DNA of 24,133 bases, taken from contig JACQAU010000086.1 of NCBI GenBank assembly GCA_016194835.1, positions 1 through 24,133 of the forward strand, written 5' to 3'. Positions within the stretch are counted from its first letter, which is position 1. Each line of letters opens with the position of its first letter. This stretch comes from Deltaproteobacteria bacterium (GTDB lineage Bacteria; Bdellovibrionota; UBA1018). The position numbers were made by a program, and so were the translations under genes. This document shows positions 1 to 9,693 of the stretch, piece after piece. Under the pieces are notes generated by a model that was given only the letters and a program-made list of their open reading frames with translations, ran no database searches and was not told the origin of the DNA.

Positions 1-1
1 A

Positions 2-361
2 CCTGAAGAGATATTTAAAAATATTTTGTCTGCTTATAATAAACCGTTTCCTGTTTCCGAAGCAAAAGTACTAGGAATTGGAGCTGTAATTGTTATTGAT
101 GTTTTAAGTGCAAAAGATATTTCGTCTAATTCTGAATCAAATGAGCAAACAGAGCGTTTAAAAAAATACATCAGCACTGCGCAAGAGGCACGTGTTCCCC
201 AAGCAAGTGAAGTTGATTTGGTGATACAACCTGATATGAGTGAAATTGGTTTTTTAGATTTTGATAAACGCTCAGAAATTATTTTTCGAGGAAAAGAAGC
301 AGTATTGCACAATCTGTCTCGATTAAAACACTTAACAGGTATAGAAGAAAAACATGAATAA
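2..361 (+). CDS. C-terminal part of a probable patatin-like phospholipase (5' end outside the window)
   Basis: The frame is open from position 2 (PEEIFKNILSAYNKPFP...). PFPVSEAKVLG..VIVIDV and DLVIQPDMSEIGFLDFDKRSEIIFRGKEA resemble the C-terminal segment of RssA/NTE-type patatins. The catalytic GxSxG motif is not in the window. Confidence 0.55.
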   Translation, partial: PEEIFKNILSAYNKPFPVSEAKVLGIGAVIVIDVLSAKDISSNSESNEQTERLKKYISTAQEARVPQASEVDLVIQPDMSEIGFLDFDKRSEIIFRGKEAVLHNLSRLKHLTGIEEKHE

Positions 362-2060
362 TGAGAGATCTAAAAATAAAATAAGCTGGATGTTTAAGAC
401 ACTGTTTTTCCTTGTACTTGGTGGGACAGTATTAATTACCTTTATTAGCGTAGTTGTTTACTGGTATTTTTCGAAAGATTTACCAAAAATAATATCATTA
501 CCAGACTATCGGCCAGCGCTAACGACACAAATTGTTTTGTTAGATGGTGAAAAAGAAACTGTAATTGGTGAGTTATTTAATGAAGTGCGCAGGTATTTGG
601 TGCCCTATGAAAAAATTCCAGAAAAAGTAACTAGGGCTTTTATAGCAGCAGAAGACGACCAGTTTTTTGTTCATCAGGGGATCAATTTGGCTTCTATGTT
701 AAGAGCTGCGGTGGCAAATTTTAAGGCTGGTCGCATGGCACAGGGCGGAAGCACCATCACACAACAAGTTGTTAAGTCTTTATTATTAACATCAGAAAAG
801 AGTTTCGATAGAAAAATAAAAGAAATTATTTTAGCCGCCAGACTAGAGAGCAATTTAAAAAAAGAAGATATTCTATATTTATATTTAAACCAAATTTATT
901 TAGGTCATGGTGCTTATGGGGTCCAAGCTGCAAGCTTGGTTTATTTCAATAAAGATGTTTCTCAATTAGATTTGGCAGAAACCGCACTTTTAGCCGGACT
1001 TCCTCAGGCACCAGGAAAGTATAGTCCCATTATTAATTCAAAACGAGCCAAGGAAAGACAAAATTATGTTTTGAGAAGAATGTTTGAAAACAAATTTATC
1101 TCACAAGCTGAAATGCTCGAGGCTAGTGCTAAACCATTAAAGATTTATCTCAACACTAATGTAAACTTAAAATATGCGCCTTATTGGATTGAGCATCTGA
1201 GAAGATATGTAATCGAAAAATATGGAGAAAAAACCACCTATGAAGGAGGTTTGAAAATTTTTATCCAAAACCGCATTGAAAATCTAATTTCGGCAAAAAA
1301 CGCCTTACAAGATGGCCTTCGTGAATTAGATAAGAGAGTTGGGTATAGAGGCCCACGGCGCCATTATAAAAACTTATCTGAAATAGAAAACGCTCTTGCA
1401 GAAATGAGGGTAAAATTTGCTGAAAAAAAACTGAATTTTAAAATGCTAATGCCCGATGGAAGATTTGACTTTATCGAAGCCATGAAGTCTCAAGGGTATA
1501 AATCTGATTTAGACTTGCTAGAGAAAGATGAAATTTATGAGGCCATAGTTACTAGCATTGATGACACAAAGAAAACAGTGGGCGTAATGATTGGCGCCAC
1601 CAAAGGAGAACTCCCAATCACAGGATTGAACTGGATCAAAAAGCCAGTTGCCGTGAAACAACCATCACAAATTTTATCTAAGGGAGATTTAATTTTAGTT
1701 AGAATACAGAACAAAGCAGAGCATAGGGTTATTGTTTCTTTAGAACAGACACCCCAAGTACAAGGCGCAATATTTTCGCTTGAGGCAAAAACCGGATTTG
1801 TTTTAGCAATGGTGGGTGGATATGATTTTGAAGAATCCGAGTTCAATCGAGTGGTTCAGGCTTTTAGACAACCGGGGAGCGCTTTTAAGCCAATTATCTA
1901 TTCTGCAGCATTAGAAAAAGGCTTTACACCAGCTAGTATTATTGTCGATTCGCCTATTGTTTATGATAACGCAGAATCAGGCAAGTGGAAGCCTGATAAT
2001 TTTGTGTTCAATCTATTCAGGTCCCAGCACTTATTGAATTTGCAAAACGTCTTGGTTTAA
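354..2060 (+). pseudogene. mrcA: Penicillin-binding protein 1A (class A PBP), 5' fragment: TM anchor, transglycosylase, OB-like insert, start of transpeptidase
   Basis: N-terminal TM helix; GT51 motifs AAEDDQFF.HQG, QGGSTITQQ, RKIKE, YLNQIYLG; SxxK motif in QPGSAFKP. Homology stops at WKPDNF (about 2003) and is followed by a short out-of-frame tail. Confidence 0.9.
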
Positions 2061-2869
2061 ATACCCAATTCCCAATGGATCTTTCGGTTGCTCTTGGCAG
2101 TGCAGGCGTTTCATTGTTTGATCTGACAAAGGTTTTTGCCATATTTCCGAGATTTGGAAGAAAAATATCCCCTATTTTTTTTACTAAAATTATAGATAGA
2201 AACGGAAAACTTTTAGAAGAAAACAAACCTGATCTACTGGCTAATAACATTGTTATACCAAGTGGTTTGCAAATACAAAATCAGGCTTCTCCTAGTCCAT
2301 CAGCATCTCCCAGTCCTTTGGCGTCTGCAGGGCCTAGCGTTTTACCAACTAATTTTGCACCCGATCTGACAAAAGAGGATCCAGCTTTAGTTATGGATCC
2401 TAGGGTCGCATATGTCATGACACACTTAATGAAAGAAGTTATCTCCTTTGGAACGGGTCATAAGGCAAAAAGCCTAGGAAGAACCGTGGCTGGAAAAACG
2501 GGTACTACCAGCGAATATGTTGACGCTTGGTTTATGGGATTTTCTCCAGATGTTGTCACAGGTGCCTGGGTCGGATTTGACAACCAGAAAACTTTAGGGT
2601 CATTCGAGACAGGAGCAAAGGCAGCGCTTCCTATTTGGTTAAGCTACATGAAGGAAGCTCTTAAATTCTATGAAGAAAAAGATTTTACCATTCCTCCTGG
2701 GGTCACCTTTGTTAGCATTAATCCTGTTAGCGGTAAGCGCGTTCCTCCTCACTTTGCGCACGCCATTAAAGAAGCATTCATTGAGGGCACTGAGCCCTTA
2801 GAAGAAGAATTGCGCGATGAGACAACTCCCCAATCTCAAAGCGGTTTTCTTAAAGAAGATATTGAATAA
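2006..2869 (+). pseudogene. mrcA: PBP1A 3' fragment (rest of the transpeptidase domain) in a shifted frame; the ORF track starts it at ATG 2075
   Basis: From 2006 this frame reads VQSIQVPALIEFAKRLGLNTQFPMDLSVALGS, then AGKTGTT (KTG motif), DAWFMGFSP and ETGAKAALPIW. Confidence 0.88.
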
Positions 2870-2878
2870 TGCCGATAG
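2851..2878 (+). promoter_or_regulatory. Putative sigma28 (FliA/SigD-type) promoter
   Basis: TAAA (2851-2854), 16-nt spacer, GCCGATAG (2871-2878). It overlaps the mrcA stop codon and lies upstream of the TonB-domain gene. Confidence 0.5.
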
Positions 2879-2905
2879 GTCAATGAGAGGGTTTCGTGTC
2901 TTCTT

Positions 2906-3754
2906 ATGGGCATTATGTTGGATTTTAAAAAGTCTTTTTTGTGCTCTTTTTGCTTGCATGCGTGTATTTTCTTGTTTTGGTCGTTGTATCTAATCAGGGT
3001 TAGTCAGTATACAAATACGGAAGATAAAAAAATAATATATGTAGAAATAGAAGAGCCTAAAAAAAATAATATTACAGAAAAAACCAAAAGAATTGTTCAA
3101 ACAGCACAATTGGAGAAATCAACAGAAGCTCCGCAAAATGCTTTTTTGGGTGCTCAAAATCAAAAAGTTGATCAAGAAACAATGAGCCTTAAGCATATGG
3201 TTCAAGCTGGGTCTTCGCAAACTTCAAAAATTCCAGAAAAGGCAATGCAAAAACCAAAAACTGAGATTGCAAATCTAGGGCTTGCCTTATTACCGCATGA
3301 GACGACACAACTCTCAAAAGAGCATATTCCCGAGCGACTTGGAGACGAATGGAATGCGCGAGAAATACCGCAGGATTATATTAGGGGAGTCAGGGAGTCG
3401 GACCGGACTGCGTTAAACACTAAAGAGTACATGTTTTATAGTTATTTTCAGAGAATTAGACAGCGATTAGATCTGGCGTGGGGAGGAACTCTAAGAGAAA
3501 AACTCACAAAACTTTATAGAAGCGGCAGAGAACTTGCAAGCGATGTGGACCATATTACAAAATTAATAGTAATTTTAAATGGAAATGGTGAAGTTGTTAA
3601 AGTACAAGTAATCGAAGAATCTGGTGTTAGAGATTTGGACGAAGCTGCGATAAAGGCATTTAATCAATCAGGACCCTTTCCAAATCCGCCCAAAGGGCTA
3701 GTTGACAGACAGGGGATTATCAAAATCCGCTGGGATTTTATCCTAAAGACTTAG
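2906..3754 (+). CDS. TonB C-terminal domain protein (TonB/TolA-like energy transducer)
   Basis: N-terminal TM helix containing S..LH (SFCLHACIF), a charged linker, and a C-terminal TonB_C-like segment (VILNGNGEVVKVQVIEESGVRDLDEAAIKAF...PFPNPP). Confidence 0.8.
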   Translation: MGIMLDFKKSFLCSFCLHACIFLFWSLYLIRVSQYTNTEDKKIIYVEIEEPKKNNITEKTKRIVQTAQLEKSTEAPQNAFLGAQNQKVDQETMSLKHMVQAGSSQTSKIPEKAMQKPKTEIANLGLALLPHETTQLSKEHIPERLGDEWNAREIPQDYIRGVRESDRTALNTKEYMFYSYFQRIRQRLDLAWGGTLREKLTKLYRSGRELASDVDHITKLIVILNGNGEVVKVQVIEESGVRDLDEAAIKAFNQSGPFPNPPKGLVDRQGIIKIRWDFILKT

Positions 3755-3793
3755 TTTGAGATTTTCAGTACAACTTGGTAAGGATAAAAGCAT

Positions 3794-6649
3794 ATGGAAA
3801 GCTCCCTAAGTCCTTTTGTTAATAGGCATGTCGGCCCACAAGAAGAACAAATTTTGGAAATGCTCAAATTTTTGGGTGTATCCACTCTAGATGAGATGAT
3901 TTCTAAAACCATCCCGCAGCAAATTAGAACACGTAACCCTTTGTCTGCTGAAATATTAGGCAATGGAAAAACAGAATTTGAGGTTCTAAAAGAATTTAAA
4001 AAGCTTATTTCATTAAACCAAAACTTTAAATCTTACATTGGACTTGGTTACTACGATTGCGTTACTCCAGCGGTAATCCAGAGAGGAATTTTAGAAAATC
4101 CAGGGTGGTATACCCAATATACGCCTTATCAAGCAGAAATTTCTCAAGGGCGGTTAGAAGCGCTTTTAAACTTTCAAACCATGATTGTGGATTTTACTGG
4201 CCTAGAAATAGCTAATGCTTCTTTGTTGGATGAGGCTACTGCCGCGGCAGAAGCCATATTAATGGCCTATGCCATAAAAGGCCGTCCAAGCAATTATGGA
4301 GTATTTGTTTCAGACGGGTGTCACCCTCAAAACATATCAGTGGTTAAAACAAGGTGCGAAGCTTTAGGTATAGAAGTCACTATTGGAAGGCATGAGACAC
4401 TTGACTTTAACAAAAAAATATTTGCAGCATTAATTCAGTATCCAGAAACCGATGGGGTTGTTTTAGATTATAGTAAGTTTATCGAAGAAGCTCACAAACA
4501 TGAAGCGTTAGTAATTTTTTCAGCTGATCTTTTGAGTTTAGCGCTATTGAAATCACCGGGAGAGTTAGGTGTTGATATCGTAGTGGGCAGTACACAGAGA
4601 TTTGGAGTGCCCCTGGGATACGGGGGGCCACACGCCGCATTTTTAGCCACAAAAGATGTTTATAAAAGACTAATGCCCGGAAGAATTGTAGGTATTTCTA
4701 AAGATTCTGATGGAAATACCGCTATTCGGCTTGCTCTGCAAACTCGCGAACAACACATTAGACGAGAAAAAGCTACAAGTAATATTTGTACTGCACAGGT
4801 TTTATTGGCTGTAATTGCAAGTATGTTCGCAGTTTATCACGGACCTCACGGGATAAAAGAAATAGCAGAACGGGTTTTTAAGCTTACAAACATATTGGCG
4901 AATGGTTTAAGTAAAGTTGGTTATAAGATAAAAGAAGGATTATTTTTTGATACCGTTAGAGTTGTTACTTCAAAAGAAAAACAGAGCCAAATTTTAGAAT
5001 ATGCAAAAAAAGAAAAAATAAATTTTAGGATTTACGGGAACGGACATATAGGCATATCTTTAGATGAGACAACTACGGTTGACGATATAGAGCAGGTTTT
5101 AAAAGCATTTAACCTCGGAAAAGATCTAGACTTTTCTATTAGAAACGACTTTAGCGCGTCAAAAACTTTTGTAATTGACGATCGTTTTTTAAGAAAAACT
5201 TCTTATCTCATGCATCAGGTTTTTAATTCATATCACTCGGAAACAAAAATGCTGAGATACCTTTATAAATTGCAATCTAAGGATCTTTCACTAACAACAT
5301 CAATGATCCCACTTGGTTCTTGTACAATGAAACTAAATGCTGCAACTGAGATGTTGCCTGTGACATGGCCCAAAGTTAATGCAATTCATCCATTTGTTCC
5401 TGTTGCACAGGCCGAGGGTTATCAAATAATATTTAAACACCTTCAGGCCATGCTTGCAGAGATTACGGGTTTTGACGCGATTTCTTTACAACCAAACGCC
5501 GGCGCGCAGGGAGAATACACTGGGCTTTTGGTGATAAAGAAATTTCAGCACATAAGTGGTCAGACGCAAAGAGATGTTTGTTTGATCCCAGCATCAGCTC
5601 ATGGAACAAATCCAGCTAGCGCAGCTATGGCAGGGCTTAAGGTTGTAGTAGTTAATTGTGATAAAAGTGGCAATATTGATCTTGCAGCTCTTAAAACTAA
5701 AGCAAGAGAACATGCTCAAGACTTGGCATGTATCATGCTAACTTATCCGTCAACGCATGGCGTGTTCGAAGAGGAAATTCAAAAAATTTGCGAAATAGTT
5801 CATGAAAATGGTGGTCAGGTATACATGGATGGAGCTAATTTAAACGCCCAAGTTGGACTTTGCAAACCTTCAGAGATTGGAGCAGATGTTTGTCATCTCA
5901 ATTTACACAAGACGTTTTGTATTCCTCATGGAGGGGGGGGGCCAGGGATGGGTCCGATTGCGGTTAAGAAACATCTAGCACCTTTTTTGCCATCGCATGA
6001 GATTGTGCATATTGGTGATGAGCGATCTATAAGTGCAGTCTCGTCAGCGCCCTGGGGTAGCGCAAGTATCTTGCCGATTTCTTATGTTTATATCTTAATG
6101 ATGGGAGCAGAGGGGCTCCGGTTTGCAACACAAGTAGCTATATTAAATGCTAATTATGTAGCCAAAAAACTAGAGTCTTATTATCCAGTTTTATATAAAG
6201 GCAAGAATGGATTTGTGGCACATGAATGTATTATTGATCTAAGGCCGCTTAAGAGTACTTCGGGCATTGAAGCAGATGATGTAGCTAAACGGCTTATGGA
6301 TTATGGATTTCATGCACCTACTGTTTCGTTCCCGGTGCCAGGTACAATGATGATTGAGCCTACGGAAAGTGAAAGTAAAGACGAGCTGGATCGTTTTTGT
6401 GAAGCCATGGTTTTAATTCGAAAAGAAATCGAAGATATCGAAAAGGGTGTGGCAGATAGGAAAAATAATTTATTAAAAAATGCTCCACACACGGCAAGTC
6501 AAATCTCACGCTCTGAATGGGATCACTCATATTCTCGTGTTCAGGCAGCATTTCCTGCCTCTTGGCTTAAGGAACATAAGTATTGGCCAACGGTTTCGAG
6601 GATAGATGCCGTGTATGGAGAGAGAAATCTGTTTTGTACATGTGTCTAA
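3794..6649 (+). CDS. gcvP: Glycine dehydrogenase (decarboxylating), glycine cleavage P protein, single-chain form
   Basis: 951 aa; [33 protein letters not shown]-lysine motif [17 protein letters not shown] and DYGFHAPT. Confidence 0.98.
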   Translation: MESSLSPFVNRHVGPQEEQILEMLKFLGVSTLDEMISKTIPQQIRTRNPLSAEILGNGKTEFEVLKEFKKLISLNQNFKSYIGLGYYDCVTPAVIQRGILENPGWYTQYTPYQAEISQGRLEALLNFQTMIVDFTGLEIANASLLDEATAAAEAILMAYAIKGRPSNYGVFVSDGCHPQNISVVKTRCEALGIEVTIGRHETLDFNKKIFAALIQYPETDGVVLDYSKFIEEAHKHEALVIFSADLLSLALLKSPGELGVDIVVGSTQRFGVPLGYGGPHAAFLATKDVYKRLMPGRIVGISKDSDGNTAIRLALQTREQHIRREKATSNICTAQVLLAVIASMFAVYHGPHGIKEIAERVFKLTNILANGLSKVGYKIKEGLFFDTVRVVTSKEKQSQILEYAKKEKINFRIYGNGHIGISLDETTTVDDIEQVLKAFNLGKDLDFSIRNDFSASKTFVIDDRFLRKTSYLMHQVFNSYHSETKMLRYLYKLQSKDLSLTTSMIPLGSCTMKLNAATEMLPVTWPKVNAIHPFVPVAQAEGYQIIFKHLQAMLAEITGFDAISLQPNAGAQGEYTGLLVIKKFQHISGQTQRDVCLIPASAHGTNPASAAMAGLKVVVVNCDKSGNIDLAALKTKAREHAQDLACIMLTYPSTHGVFEEEIQKICEIVHENGGQVYMDGANLNAQVGLCKPSEIGADVCHLNLHKTFCIPHGGGGPGMGPIAVKKHLAPFLPSHEIVHIGDERSISAVSSAPWGSASILPISYVYILMMGAEGLRFATQVAILNANYVAKKLESYYPVLYKGKNGFVAHECIIDLRPLKSTSGIEADDVAKRLMDYGFHAPTVSFPVPGTMMIEPTESESKDELDRFCEAMVLIRKEIEDIEKGVADRKNNLLKNAPHTASQISRSEWDHSYSRVQAAFPASWLKEHKYWPTVSRIDAVYGERNLFCTCV

Positions 6650-6666
6650 CTATGTAAAGCGAGCTA

Positions 6667-7053
6667 TTATTTTAATTTTTCAACGTAGTGGGTGTAATCA
6701 TCTGAGTTGAGAAGGTTTTGAAAAGTTTGGGTATCTGTTGCTTCAATTTCAATTAACCATGCACTTTTGTGTGGGTCTTTGTTTAACTGACTGGGTTCTT
6801 TGATAACGGTTTCGTTCACTTTTGTTACTTTGCCGGTAACTGGCGAATAAAGATCTGAAACCGCTTTGATGCTCTCAACCACCCCAAATGCTTCTCCTTG
6901 TTTTAAAACTTTTCCTATTGGAGGCAGCTCGACAAATACGATATCTCCAAGTGCGTTTTGTGCGTGGTCTGTAATTCCAATAGTTACATTTTTTTCGTTG
7001 ATTTTTGCCCATTCATGCTCTTTTGTATATTTTAGTTCTTTTGGGTATTGCAT
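6667..7053 (-). CDS. gcvH: Glycine cleavage H protein (lipoyl carrier)
   Basis: YTKEHEW, GITDHAQNALGDIVFVELP and the lipoyl-lysine motif VESIKAVSD. Confidence 0.98.
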   Translation of the reverse strand: MQYPKELKYTKEHEWAKINEKNVTIGITDHAQNALGDIVFVELPPIGKVLKQGEAFGVVESIKAVSDLYSPVTGKVTKVNETVIKEPSQLNKDPHKSAWLIEIEATDTQTFQNLLNSDDYTHYVEKLK

Positions 7054-7084
7054 AAAACTACCTCTATCATTATTTTGTCAGAAT

Positions 7085-8206
7085 TTATATTTTTTTATAA
7101 AACGGCGTGGGAACTACCTCAGCTAAGATTTTAGATCCTCTGATTTCTACAGTTATTTTAGAACCATTCTTTAGATTCGGGAGATTTAGGTTTTTATTAA
7201 CATAAGCAATCCCAATGGCACAGTTTAGTGATGGGGACTGGGTTCCACTTGTGATTTGACCGATTTTGGTGTCACTGTGTTCATTAAACACGCTATAGCC
7301 TTGGCGGGGTATCCCGCGGTCAATAAGTTTTAGTCCAATAAGTTCTTTTGTGAGCCCATCTTGTTTCGCCTTAAGAATGGCTTGTTTCCCTATGAAATTT
7401 TCTTTTTCTAATTTGACAACCCATGAAAGATTGGCTTCTAATGGGTTTGTTACATCATTAAGCTCGTGCCCATAAAGAGGATATTTCATTTCTAGTCTCA
7501 GCGTATCTCTAGCGCCAAGTCCGCATGGCTTAAGTCCGAGGGGTTGCCCGACTTCTAGTAATGCCTGCCAAACTTTAGGTCCATCGTGCCAGCGGGTATA
7601 AACCTCGAACCCGTCTTCGCCTGTGTAGCCGGTTCTAGCTATAATAGCGTTAATCGTATTTAAAATTTTTCCCGTTGTGAACCAATACGTTTTGACTCCA
7701 GAGAGGTTTACAGGAGTTAATTTTTGTAAAATCTCACAAGCCCTGGGTCCTTGTATAGCGATTTGAGTATAGTTTGGACTTTCGTTGGTTAGTGTAAAGT
7801 TTTTACAAGGAAAATCTTGAGCAGCTTTTTTGAACCAAGCAAAATCCTTTTCTGTATTTGAGGCGTTTACTACAACCAGGAAGTTTTCTTTTGAGTGTTT
7901 ATATGTAATGACATCATCTATGATTCCACCGGAGGGGTTACACACGGTTGTATACTGTGCTTGTTCATTAGACATGTTGGCAATATTATTAGTGACAAGA
8001 TGATTTAGGAATGCTTCTGCGTCGGCGCCTTTGATTTCAATTTCTCCCATGTGGCTGACATCAAAAAGACCGGCATTTTTTCTACAAGCCAGGTGTTCAC
8101 CAATTACTCCGGTGTATTGAACTGGGAGTTCCCATCCGCCAAAATCGACAAGCCTACCACCTAGTTTTTTATGTTCTTCAAAAAGAGAGGTTTGTTTTAG
8201 CTGCAT
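7085..8206 (-). CDS. gcvT: Glycine cleavage T protein (aminomethyltransferase)
   Basis: DFGGWELPVQY, GLFDVSHMGEI, RTGYTGEDGFE and GLGARDTLRLE. Confidence 0.98.
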   Translation of the reverse strand: MQLKQTSLFEEHKKLGGRLVDFGGWELPVQYTGVIGEHLACRKNAGLFDVSHMGEIEIKGADAEAFLNHLVTNNIANMSNEQAQYTTVCNPSGGIIDDVITYKHSKENFLVVVNASNTEKDFAWFKKAAQDFPCKNFTLTNESPNYTQIAIQGPRACEILQKLTPVNLSGVKTYWFTTGKILNTINAIIARTGYTGEDGFEVYTRWHDGPKVWQALLEVGQPLGLKPCGLGARDTLRLEMKYPLYGHELNDVTNPLEANLSWVVKLEKENFIGKQAILKAKQDGLTKELIGLKLIDRGIPRQGYSVFNEHSDTKIGQITSGTQSPSLNCAIGIAYVNKNLNLPNLKNGSKITVEIRGSKILAEVVPTPFYKKI

Positions 8207-8271
8207 AAACCCCTTTTATATTCTTATTTTTTAAATGGCTAGAATAAAAACTAGCTAAACTATGTTACCCA

Positions 8272-9117
8272 CTATATGTGCAGTTTTGCGGCTTGTATGG
8301 TATTTTTCATTAACATCATAATTGTCATTGGCCCGACTCCTCCTGGCACTGGAGTAATTGCCAAGGCTTTTTTTGAAACTTCATCAAAACACACATCTCC
8401 TGAGATTTTTCTTTTACCTTCTCTGTGAATGCCTACGTCGACAACTATAGCGTCTTTTTTTACATGGTCTGCTGTTATAAGTCCCTTCAGACCGGCTGCA
8501 ACAATTAACAAATCAGCTTGTGATGTCATTGCTTCTAAGTTTAAAGTCTTGCTGTGACATTGAATCACTGTGGCATTTTCTTGCAGTAAGAGTTGCGCCA
8601 TTGGTTTTCCGACTATAGAACTTCTTCCCACTACGCAGGCTAGTTTGTAGGCAGGCTGAAATTGATAATAATGCAAAAGCTCTAAAATTCCTTGTGGTGT
8701 ACAAGGTTTAAAACAAGGCAATCCAAGCGACAGTCGTCCTACTTGTTCGGGATGAAAAGCGTCAACGTCTTTTCTGGGATCAATCCAATACAAAACGTCT
8801 TCTTCTGGAAAATGTCTCGGCAATGGTCTCTGAATTAAGATCGCATCTACACTATTGTCAATGTTTAGCTTCTGGATTGTGTTTTTAACCTCTTTTGGAG
8901 ATGGGTTTTCTGAAAGCACAACCGTTTCATGCTCAATTCCTAAGCTTTTTGCCATTTCGCCTTTTTTGTTTGTATAAATAACGCTTGCTGGGTTGTTGCC
9001 CACTAAGACTACTGCAAGTTTTGGAGTTTTTTTGTGAATAGATTTTAGTGTTTCTACTTCTTTGGATAAGGTTTTTTTTAATTCTTCGACTAATGGCTTG
9101 GCTAAAAGAAAGTGCAC
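8272..9117 (-). CDS. folD: Bifunctional methylenetetrahydrofolate dehydrogenase/cyclohydrolase
   Basis: KDVDAFHP, PCTPQG, VVGRSSIVGKP, GDVCF and ITPVPGGVGPMT. GTG start. Confidence 0.97.
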   Translation of the reverse strand: MHFLLAKPLVEELKKTLSKEVETLKSIHKKTPKLAVVLVGNNPASVIYTNKKGEMAKSLGIEHETVVLSENPSPKEVKNTIQKLNIDNSVDAILIQRPLPRHFPEEDVLYWIDPRKDVDAFHPEQVGRLSLGLPCFKPCTPQGILELLHYYQFQPAYKLACVVGRSSIVGKPMAQLLLQENATVIQCHSKTLNLEAMTSQADLLIVAAGLKGLITADHVKKDAIVVDVGIHREGKRKISGDVCFDEVSKKALAITPVPGGVGPMTIMMLMKNTIQAAKLHI

Positions 9118-9232
9118 TTTATAGTATTTCTAATCTAAATCAAAAAACACCACAAGTGCAAATATTAATATAACCCTTGCAGATAATTATAGGTTATATT
9201 ACTCTCTAGTAAACATAGAGGAGAAATATAAA

Positions 9233-9637
9233 ATGAAAACATTATTATTTTTTTTATTTGCTATTACGTTAGCAATGCCTGTGGCGATTACTGTATTTGC
9301 AGAAGACGCACCTAATCACGAGATGGGGGCACCAGGGCCTAATACCAACGCACCGGGCAAACCACCGGTTGCTGATAAGATGCACGAACGCAACATGGAG
9401 CACAAGAGGCAGCACGAAGCAGAAATGAAGAAGCAGGAAGACATGAAACAGCACGACGAAGAAATGAAAAAACATGAAGACATGAAACAGAACGACGAAG
9501 AAATGAAAAAGAAACATGCAAAACATCAAGAAATGATGAAAAAAATGATGGAAAACAAGAAACATGATATGAAGGGCAATATGCCTGATCAAATGCAAGA
9601 CAAAATGCCCAAGCACCAAGATCACAAGGATAAGTAA
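9233..9637 (+). CDS. Secreted low-complexity His/Met/Lys/Glu-rich protein of unknown function
   Basis: SD GAGGAG upstream; signal peptide with probable VFA cleavage after residue 23; the mature region has 11 His and 16 Met (hand count). Confidence 0.75.
   Translation: MKTLLFFLFAITLAMPVAITVFAEDAPNHEMGAPGPNTNAPGKPPVADKMHERNMEHKRQHEAEMKKQEDMKQHDEEMKKHEDMKQNDEEMKKKHAKHQEMMKKMMENKKHDMKGNMPDQMQDKMPKHQDHKDK
9422..9511 (+). repeat. 39-bp (13-aa) coding tandem repeat, about 2.3 copies
   Basis: 9422-9460 encodes EMKKQEDMKQHDE, 9461-9499 encodes EMKKHEDMKQNDE, and a partial EMKK begins at 9500. Confidence 0.85.
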
Positions 9638-9693
9638 TTAGCTTTATCCATAACGCAGCCAGAAATTAGTCGGAAATCAAAAGTTATAACACT

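Noticed and set aside
1995-2077. Programmed ribosomal frameshift in mrcA
   Set aside because: Conserved sequence including SxN appears absent from all frames, so slippage would not rebuild the enzyme.
3794-8206. Missing L protein (lpd) in the glycine cleavage cluster
   Set aside because: Dihydrolipoamide dehydrogenase is normally shared with PDH/OGDH and encoded elsewhere.
8207-8271. Glycine riboswitch ahead of gcvT or gcvP
   Set aside because: The gaps are only 65 nt (gcvT) and 39 nt (gcvP), with no recognisable aptamer motifs; only a weak GCTAG/CTAGC hairpin is present.
9269-9625. Antisense ORFs (9269-9625, 9339-9521) rich in Phe/His/Val
   Set aside because: These are shadows of the low-complexity plus-strand gene, with no SD or independent signal.
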